Shown piece after piece: positions 19,635-26,056 of a DNA stretch of 26,056 nt; position 1 is the stretch's first letter; each line of letters begins with the position of its first letter. The translations under genes were made by a program, and so were the position numbers. The DNA is from Tubiluchus corallicola (taxonomy: Eukaryota; Animalia; Priapulida). Below the pieces are notes generated by a model. That model did not search any database. It was given only the letters and a program-made list of their open reading frames with translations, and was not told the DNA's origin. The DNA lies in the NCBI GenBank assembly GCA_030141605.1, contig JAQGDQ010002468.1, forward strand, positions 1 through 26,056. Direction: 5' to 3'.

Positions 19635-19970
19635 TTATGAAGCCTTCTTTACTGGTTCTTTGCTCTCACCCATTTTAGAGTGCTTACATTCTGATTTTTC
19701 TCCTTCTGATTTTTTGCAAGACTTCGATTTTTTGCAACATTTAGACTTTTTTCCTTCTGATTTCTTACAGCATTCAGACTTTTTCTCGCACTTAGCATCT
19801 TTATCTGATCCTTTGCATTTATGTTCCTTATCACTGTCTCCATCATGATGACAGGCAGCTGAAGATGCTTTCTCTCCTGTAACGTCGCTACTTTTTTTAC
19901 ACTTTCCGCCGCAGTCAAAAAGTAGGGTGAGTACCATTATTGTACAAATTGATAGTATTAATCTTTTCAT
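19635..19970 (-). CDS. Small exported Cys/Lys/Ser-rich repeat protein, possible lipoprotein, function unknown
   Basis: Signal-like N-terminus MKRLILSICTIMVLTLLFD-C; 12 Cys, ~28 Lys and 4 His in 111 aa; CKKS repeats; A/T-rich leader and same orientation as its neighbours. Confidence 0.75.
   Translation of the reverse strand: MKRLILSICTIMVLTLLFDCGGKCKKSSDVTGEKASSAACHHDGDSDKEHKCKGSDKDAKCEKKSECCKKSEGKKSKCCKKSKSCKKSEGEKSECKHSKMGESKEPVKKAS
19682..19790. repeat. Degenerate coding tandem repeat (C-K-K-S-E/K units)
   Basis: CCTTCTGATTT and GA(T/C)TTTTT units recur. They encode EKKSECC/KKSEGKKSKCC/KKSKSC/KKSEGEKSEC. Confidence 0.7.
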
Positions 19971-20006
19971 AAATTTAAATTGTTTTAAGGTTATTAATTA
20001 CTTTTG

Positions 20007-20486
20007 CTATAGTTTATGTTCTTTTATAAGATGATCTAGAAGTTTTGAACACGAGCGATCTAACATTCTATACACTTTTTCAAATCCATCGATACCTCCA
20101 TAGTAAGGGTCAGGAACATCTCTTCCCTTGCCTTCTACATCAAAATACCGCATTTTTAGCACTTTTGCAATTTCTTTTTGCCTATCTCTATCTAATGCAT
20201 TAATATCATTAAGGTTCTTATCATCCATAGCAATAATGTAATGAAATTGATAAAAATCATCCTTATTGACTTGCCTTCCATAATGCTCTAACTCAATGTT
20301 ATACTTTAACGCTATGTTTATAGAACGCGTATCTGGTGCGTCTCCCACATGCCACGATGATGTCCCTGCCGAATCACAATGTATTGCTTCGCTAAGCTTT
20401 TTATCATTTACCATAGCCTGAAATACTCCTTCTGCCAATGGTGACCTGCAAATGTTTCCCAAGCATACAAATAAAACTTTAATCAT
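20007..20486 (-). CDS. Low-molecular-weight protein-tyrosine phosphatase
   Basis: P-loop VCLGNICRSP, DSAGT and general-acid loop DVPDPYYG. Confidence 0.95.
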   Translation of the reverse strand: MIKVLFVCLGNICRSPLAEGVFQAMVNDKKLSEAIHCDSAGTSSWHVGDAPDTRSINIALKYNIELEHYGRQVNKDDFYQFHYIIAMDDKNLNDINALDRDRQKEIAKVLKMRYFDVEGKGRDVPDPYYGGIDGFEKVYRMLDRSCSKLLDHLIKEHKL

Positions 20487-20561
20487 TTTTCAATTTAACT
20501 TCTTTTTCACAAAAACTTTTACAAAAATAACAATATTATTTCTTTTTTATAATGTTAATAA

Positions 20562-21302
20562 TTATTTTTCACAAGTATTAGTGCTTTTTACCTTGTTGAG
20601 TGATAAAAATTGTTTCCAAAATAGGGTGTTCGGAACTGGTGCTATAATAGACATTTTTTTGTTTGCAACAGGATGGGGAAAAACCAACTCGCGCGAGTGT
20701 AAACTAATGCTTGCATCACTATTAGGTTTTGGATAGTTATACTTTAAGTCTCCACATATGGGACTGCCAACATAAGATAATTGTGCTCTTATTTGGTGAG
20801 AACGTCCCGTAATGAGACGTATTTGCAAAAGATAGCACGAGTTCAATTTTTCCAAAATATTATAAAATAAAATAGCTCTTTGAAAACCCTCGCGCTGATG
20901 AGGTGACGTTATTACTCTATTTCTTTTTGTATCCTTTTTGAGCCAATGTGTTAATGTTCCTTTTTTTTCGGGTAGTGGATTTTTTGTAATTGCCCAATAT
21001 CCTTTATATATATCTCTATTTTTAAATACTGTGTTTAATCTTGATAATGCCTTTGAGGTTTTTGCTAACAAAATTCCGCCACTTACAGGGCGATCTAATC
21101 TATGCACCAACCCTAAAAATACATTTCCGGGTTTATTATATCGCTTTTTGATGTATTCTTTGGCAACATCTATTACTGAGGCATCTTTCGTTGCATCAGG
21201 TTGTGATGGCATTCCTGCGGGTTTGTTTACGACCAGCAAATGGTTATCTTCATATAATATGTCAATATACTTATGCCTCATTTGAGATGTTATTATTTTC
21301 AA
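20562..21302 (-). CDS. RluA-family RNA pseudouridine synthase (no S4 domain)
   Basis: LYEDNHLLVVNKPAG, VHRLDRPVSG, TGRSHQIRAQL and PICGDLKY. Start may be ATG 21281 rather than TTG 21302. Confidence 0.92.
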   Translation of the reverse strand: MKIITSQMRHKYIDILYEDNHLLVVNKPAGMPSQPDATKDASVIDVAKEYIKKRYNKPGNVFLGLVHRLDRPVSGGILLAKTSKALSRLNTVFKNRDIYKGYWAITKNPLPEKKGTLTHWLKKDTKRNRVITSPHQREGFQRAILFYNILEKLNSCYLLQIRLITGRSHQIRAQLSYVGSPICGDLKYNYPKPNSDASISLHSRELVFPHPVANKKMSIIAPVPNTLFWKQFLSLNKVKSTNTCEK

Positions 21303-21332
21303 AAGATATTTATCTTAGGTCAAAAAATAGAG

Positions 21333-21896
21333 TTATTTTAACAGCCAAGTGTTTAGATTTATTTCTTTTTCATTGGGAAGTTTTACCATTAGGTCTATAA
21401 TTTTCCCATGCTCATTAAATTTAGGTAAAATTACAGGGTACGTTCCTAAAAAACTTACTCCTTGCCAATCAGCAGATGTGGTATCCGCTAGTGGAAGTAT
21501 TGCCAAGCTATAATCAGAATTCTTAGTACTATCAGCAAATCCCAATTGCCAGCTGCACCACTTAAAATTTAATGCTTCATTGGTTGCTAAAAAAATAAAT
21601 CTGTCATTTTCTCTTATCTTTCGCTTAATTTCATGTAGTGTCCCGTGATTAGAATAATCTATGATTTCTTCATCTAACCAGTCTACAAAAATGCTGTACT
21701 TCAAACTTTTTAATAATGCAATGGCTTGTCTAAAAGATTGTTGGTCAGTTAAGTGATTATAGCAAAAAAACACGCTTACTTTTTCATACTTTCGCATGTC
21801 TAAAAACATATCTTTTTGAGCCTCCAAAAAGGTTTGTGTTACATTGACAAAGTACACATTAACGCGAAGGGTTTCCTTGGTTAAAAACTCAATCAT
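21333..21896 (-). CDS. TIR (Toll/interleukin-1 receptor) domain protein, catalytic Glu replaced by Gln
   Basis: TIR pattern: betaA VFFCYNH..D, alphaA, betaB IFVDWLD, IKRKIRENDRFIFLATNEALNFKWCSWQLGFAD, betaD LAILP. Recognised by motif only. Confidence 0.75.
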   Translation of the reverse strand: MIEFLTKETLRVNVYFVNVTQTFLEAQKDMFLDMRKYEKVSVFFCYNHLTDQQSFRQAIALLKSLKYSIFVDWLDEEIIDYSNHGTLHEIKRKIRENDRFIFLATNEALNFKWCSWQLGFADSTKNSDYSLAILPLADTTSADWQGVSFLGTYPVILPKFNEHGKIIDLMVKLPNEKEINLNTWLLK

Positions 21897-21911
21897 TAGG
21901 TTTTTTGTATT

Positions 21912-22397
21912 CTAAATAACATCTTTAGAGGCTTTTAGTGCCTTTTCAGCTAAGCTTTTCTTAAATTCTATTAAGTTTTCTTCTATTTCTTTGTTTGCTA
22001 TGCTAATAATTTGTGCGGCAAGAATACCCGCGTTTCTTGTGCCATCAACTGCTACTGTTGCTACTGGCACTCCCGAAGGCATTTGCACTATTGATAATAA
22101 GGAATCCCATCCATCTATAGAGTTTGAAGATTTTATAGGGACGCCTATTATTGGCAATGTAGTAAATGCTGCTATTACTCCTGGCAGGTGTGCAGCTCCT
22201 CCAGCTCCTGCAACTATTACTTTTACTCCTCTACTCTTAGCTGTTTTAGCATACTCTGCCACTACTTCAGGTGTTCTATGTGCTGATGCTACTTTTATTT
22301 CATATTCTATATTCAATTCCTCCAATACGTTAGCGACTTCCCTCATTTTAGGCAAATCCGACGTACTGCCCATTATTATTCCTACAATAGGTTTCAT
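21912..22397 (-). CDS. purE: N5-carboxyaminoimidazole ribonucleotide mutase
   Basis: [29 protein letters not shown] and [14 protein letters not shown]. Confidence 0.97.
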   Translation of the reverse strand: MKPIVGIIMGSTSDLPKMREVANVLEELNIEYEIKVASAHRTPEVVAEYAKTAKSRGVKVIVAGAGGAAHLPGVIAAFTTLPIIGVPIKSSNSIDGWDSLLSIVQMPSGVPVATVAVDGTRNAGILAAQIISIANKEIEENLIEFKKSLAEKALKASKDVI

Positions 22398-22435
22398 AAT
22401 TAATTAATTATTTTTATTTAAAACTATTTTTCTTT

Positions 22436-23158
22436 CTAATTAGCAAACTGCTCTAATTCCGTTAGCTGTATTTTATTTTCATACAGGGCTCTTCCTAATA
22501 TTACTCCTGATGCTCCTATGTCTCTTAGTTTTTTAACATCATCTATGTCTCTAACTCCTCCTAAAGAAAATACTTGCAGGTTAGGAAATTTTTTCACAAC
22601 TTCCTCGCATAAGTTAAAATTTGGTCCTTCCATTACTCCATCTCTGTCCACATCTACCAACTTAATACTTTTACACCTCTCTAAAAAATACTCTATATGT
22701 TCTAAAAAGTCAATGGCTTTTTTAGGGCGCTTCATTCCTTTTCTAATGTATATTTGTCTTCCTAAAACATCTACTCCTAATGTTATTTTATCGCCCGTGT
22801 AGGAAACTATCCATGAACTTAAGGCTTCCTTTTTGTATATTGCAATACTGGCAACTGTTACACACATAGCTCCAAACTCAAATACTCTAACAAGATCTCC
22901 ATCTGTTTCTATTCCACCTGCAAAATCTACCTCTATATTTGTGTGTTGTACTATTGTTTGTAATAATTCATAGTTTTTGGGTGTTCTTTTTTCTACGCCA
23001 TCAATATCAAAAAAATGTAACGAATCTATGCCATGGTCTTTAAAGAGCTTTGCTAAGCTAATGGGATCTACGTTATTATAGACGTTAGCTACTTTTCCTT
23101 GCTTTATTAATACAACTTGTTTTTTATATAGATTTATTAAAGGAATAACTTTAAACAT
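22436..23158 (-). CDS. HisA/HisF-family TIM-barrel protein, divergent HisA paralogue
   Basis: LHFFDIDG, DFAGGI, LGVD, DVDRDGVMEGPN, LGGVRDIDD and GVILGRALYE are HisA-like. However, the beta1 motif IPAID reads IPLIN and there are no his neighbours. Confidence 0.85.
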   Translation of the reverse strand: MFKVIPLINLYKKQVVLIKQGKVANVYNNVDPISLAKLFKDHGIDSLHFFDIDGVEKRTPKNYELLQTIVQHTNIEVDFAGGIETDGDLVRVFEFGAMCVTVASIAIYKKEALSSWIVSYTGDKITLGVDVLGRQIYIRKGMKRPKKAIDFLEHIEYFLERCKSIKLVDVDRDGVMEGPNFNLCEEVVKKFPNLQVFSLGGVRDIDDVKKLRDIGASGVILGRALYENKIQLTELEQFAN

Positions 23159-23362
23159 ATTTCCAATTTAAATTATGTTAGTGCTTATTAAACATATGGC
23201 TTGAAGTAAGAATTTAACGCAAGTTACATTTTAACAGAAGAAACAAAAAAGAGGGTATTTTTTATCTATAATATCAAAGTTCCAAGCTTTAGAACAAAAA
23301 GAAAGTTATTAAAGTAGTATTAAAAATTAACTTGTTCTATGCCTTTAATTTTATTTTTCATA

Positions 23363-23394
23363 TTTGGTAATTGAATATAATTTTTATACTTTTG
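23363..23394 (+). promoter_or_regulatory. Bacteroidota housekeeping promoter for htpG
   Basis: TTTG (23363-23366)-N20-TACTTTTG (23387-23394), a full consensus match 100 nt before the ATG. Confidence 0.65.
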
Positions 23395-23417
23395 CAAGAA
23401 TTATTTCTTACGCTACG

Positions 23418-23433
23418 CTGTATATTTATACAG
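23418..23433. promoter_or_regulatory. Palindrome CTGTATA-TT-TATACAG in the htpG leader; possible operator
   Basis: Perfect 7-bp arms just downstream of the predicted transcription start. Confidence 0.3.
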
Positions 23434-23494
23434 TATTGTGACTATAATTTAAAATACTAAGACAATTAATTAATTTCAAACTTATAAGGTTGCT

Positions 23495-25368
23495 ATGAAA
23501 GAAAAAGGTTCTATCTCAATTAATGTGGAAAACATATTTCCTATTATCAAAAAATTTCTTTATTCTGACCATGAAATATTCTTAAGAGAATTGTATCAAA
23601 TGCTGTAGATGCATGCCAAAAGCTGCAAAAATTAGCTTCTATGGGTGAGTACAAAAATGAGTTAGGCGAGATGAATATAGAAGTAAAGGTCAGCAAAGAA
23701 AATAAAACGATTACGATAAGTGATAAAGGTGTTGGGATGACCGCAGAGGAGATAAAAAAATACATTAATCAAGTTGCTTTTTCTGGGGCTAAAGAGTTCA
23801 TAGAAAAATATAAACAACAAGGAGAAGGTACACAGATAATAGGTATGTTTGGTTTGGGTTTCTATTCTGCTTTTATGGTGTCTAAACGAGTGGAAATTAT
23901 TACAAAATCATATAAAGATGACCAAGAAGCCATTTTGTGGACATGTGATGGTTCGACAGAATTTGAAATTTCAAAAGCAACGAAGCCTACACGAGGCACT
24001 GATGTAATATTGCATATAGATGATGATTCTGAGGAGTTTTTACAAGAGCATAAAATAGGCGAGATTTTGCAAAAATATTGCAATTTCTTACCAATACCTA
24101 TCATTTTTGGAGAAAAGGAAGTGACGGAAAAGGACGAAAAAGGCAAAGAGATAAAAGTTAAAAAAGCCAATACAATCAACAATCCATCGCCTATTTGGGT
24201 TAAATCGCCCAGCAGCCTAAAAGATGAAGACTATCTGCAGTTTTATAAAGAGTTGTATCCTTACTCCGAGCCTCCCCTATTTTGGGTTCATCTCAATGTA
24301 GATTATCCTTTTAACTTAACAGGTATACTATATTTTCCCCGTATAAAAGATGACCTAAACTTTAATAGGGATAAAATAAAGCTTTTTTCAAGGCAAGTTT
24401 TTATCACAGATGAAGTAAAAGAAATCGTCCCTGAGTTTTTGACCTTGCTACACGGGGTGTTGGATTCTCCTGATATACCACTAAATGTATCAAGAAGTTT
24501 TCTACAATCAGATAGTAATGTGAAAAAAATCAACCGACATATAACTAAAAAAGTTGCAGATAAACTTGAAGAACTGTTTAAAAAAGACAGAGCAGAGTTT
24601 GAAAAGAAATGGAATGATATAGGCATGTTTGTTAAATATGGAATTATTAGTGAGGAAAATTTCTTTGAAAGAGCTAAAAAATTCACACTACTTGAAAGCA
24701 TTGATAACAAGTTTTATACGGTAGACGAATACAAAAAACATGTTGAGAAAAATCAAATTGACAAAAATGGAGTATCTGTCTATCTATATACTACCAACGA
24801 AAAGCAACAGGATACTGCCATACAGTCCGCCAAAAAACAAGGGTACGACGTGTTGAGGTTTGATAACATGATAGACAATCATTTCATTAATAACATTGAA
24901 GCGAAACTTGAAAAAATATCATGGAAACGGGTAGATTCTGCTTCTATAAGCAAGTTAATAGAGAAAGAAGACTCTTTAAAAGAGAGCGTGTTAAGTGATA
25001 AAGAGAAAGAAAAAGTAAAAAAACTATTTGAAGGGATTAATGATACTCAAAGGGCATCTGTTCAAATAGAGCCACTGCCGACAACAGAACTTCCTGTAAC
25101 AGTAGTTTTTCCTGAATTTTTTAGACGCATGAGAGACATGTCAAGTATGACAAGTAAAACAAAAAATGCATTTCCTGAACAGTATGAAGTAGTGGTAAAT
25201 GCTAATCACCCTACTATTCAAAAAATGCTGAAAACAGAAAATGAGGAAGAGCAAAAACAGTTGGTAGGGCAAGTATACGAATTAGGGCTCTTGGCTCAAA
25301 ACTTACTTACAGGCAACAGATTAACTAAGTTTATTCATAAAAACATTGATTTCATAAATAAGCTATAA
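23495..25368 (+). CDS. htpG: Chaperone HtpG (Hsp90), frameshift near 23593
   Basis: ATG 23495 gives [33 protein letters not shown]. One extra G (TTG[G]TA) continues VSNAVDA..., then [19 protein letters not shown] and PLNVSRS. Confidence 0.96.
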
Positions 25369-26056
25369 CTTTACAAAATGACCATTCTGTAAAATAGAAA
25401 CCATGTCATAAATATCTGTCTGTAAGCAAAAATCTATATCTTTTTCTATTTTTAATTTTATACGTCGCTCATGATTAGGAGAAGTTTGTAAAAACCTTTT
25501 CAAATTATGTTTAACTTTCAAATATAATTCTAATGCCATTAATGAAGAATCATCCTCAATGGCAAACATATCTTGCAGTGCTTCTACTAAAGCACCAGCA
25601 AAAACAGTATCTTCTACATTTACAGTCCCTTTCCAACCTGAGCAAAACAATAGTATGTCATTAGAATGATTTCTAATAAAATCTACTGTTGCTTGTAAAT
25701 TCAAGAAACTTCCCGCAAGAATCTCTTTTGCTTCTATTGATTTTACTACTGCTTGCGTTCCATTAGTTGTAGTAAAGGCTATTTTTTTGTTTTTCAACTC
25801 TTTATCCATATAGGCAAAGGGAGAGTTTCCTAAAGAAAACTCTTTTACCTGCTTTCCCCCACGTTCTGCCCCTGTTATGTATCCTTTTTTTCCCCATTCT
25901 TCACACTCTTCTAATGTTGCAACAGGCTTGAAGGCTTCTATTCCATGAGCAAGTCCAGTGACAATAGTAGATGTTGCTCTAAATATATCTATTATTATTA
26001 CTGTTTTCCCTTTAAAATCAAAAAGTTTGGATATTTGAGGGGTTAATAGTGTCTTT
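25363..26056 (-). CDS. comB: 2-phosphosulfolactate phosphatase family protein, 5' end outside the window
   Basis: The frame stays open upstream of ATG 25809 to the window edge: VIIIDIFRATSTI...GAERGG...LGNSP...TTTNGT...LLFCSGW...EDTVFAG. It overlaps the htpG 3' end by 6 nt. Confidence 0.9.
   Translation of the reverse strand, partial: KTLLTPQISKLFDFKGKTVIIIDIFRATSTIVTGLAHGIEAFKPVATLEECEEWGKKGYITGAERGGKQVKEFSLGNSPFAYMDKELKNKKIAFTTTNGTQAVVKSIEAKEILAGSFLNLQATVDFIRNHSNDILLFCSGWKGTVNVEDTVFAGALVEALQDMFAIEDDSSLMALELYLKVKHNLKRFLQTSPNHERRIKLKIEKDIDFCLQTDIYDMVSILQNGHFVKL

Noticed and set aside
19682-19790. Repeats as a possible CRISPR array
   Set aside because: Units are short, degenerate, in-frame coding repeats without unique spacers, and no cas genes are present.
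20007-20486. Arsenate reductase forming a metal-resistance unit with the Cys-rich protein
   Set aside because: CLGNICRSP and DPYY are LMW-PTP signatures; the ArsC CTGNSCRSQ motif and resolving Cys pair are absent.
21333-21896. Complete Thoeris or other TIR-based defence system
   Set aside because: No effector or sensor partner is in the window and the catalytic Glu is missing.
4519-23226. Shortened TAAnTTGC motifs upstream of sucA (~4520), manA (~17546) and the hisA-like gene (~23219)
   Set aside because: They may be -7 variants, but they miss the TAnnTTTG consensus and are too short to call in AT-rich DNA without transcription start data.
63-24710. Numerous antisense or alternate-frame ORFs in the track (e.g. 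63-260, 1252-1686, 3686-4087, 4944-5429, 8793-9113, 19630-19848, 19649-19918, 21991-22407, 24303-24710)
   Set aside because: They lie within well-supported genes, lack recognisable motifs and have the composition of shadow frames.
25363-26056. Coenzyme M biosynthesis implied by comB
   Set aside because: ComB-family phosphatases are widespread in bacteria without CoM, and no comA/C/D/E is visible in the window.

Overview
AT-rich (roughly 30% GC by eye) chromosomal segment from a Bacteroidota bacterium, most consistent with Cytophagales. The evidence is TTTG-N19/20-TAnnTTTG promoters, A-rich leaders with few obvious Shine-Dalgarno motifs, an exonuclease-fused DnaE followed by trxA, and a half-zinc-finger DnaJ. 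Gene order: partial YdjC/ChbG-type deacetylase (-); oadGAB Na+-pumping decarboxylase and sucAB (+); a long minus-strand run of hisA-like, purE, TIR protein, RluA-family synthase, LMW-PTP, Cys/Lys-rich small protein, fructosamine kinase, rluD, manA, lipB, yraN, grpE, dnaJ, dnaE, trxA; htpG (+); partial comB (-). I saw no tRNA, rRNA, CRISPR array or transposase. Five genes carry small frameshifts at short homopolymers, most likely sequencing errors. The most unusual items are: (i) a stand-alone TIR protein whose catalytic Glu is Gln, in an apparent operon with purE and a HisA paralogue lacking its catalytic Asp; (ii) a secreted metallothionein-like Cys/Lys repeat protein between the two genes of a probable LMW-PTP/fructosamine-kinase deglycation pair; (iii) a candidate ~120-nt structured RNA between sucB and trxA; (iv) a sigma54-like promoter with a palindromic site ahead of grpE-dnaJ. 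All calls come from reading motifs by eye; no database searches were run.
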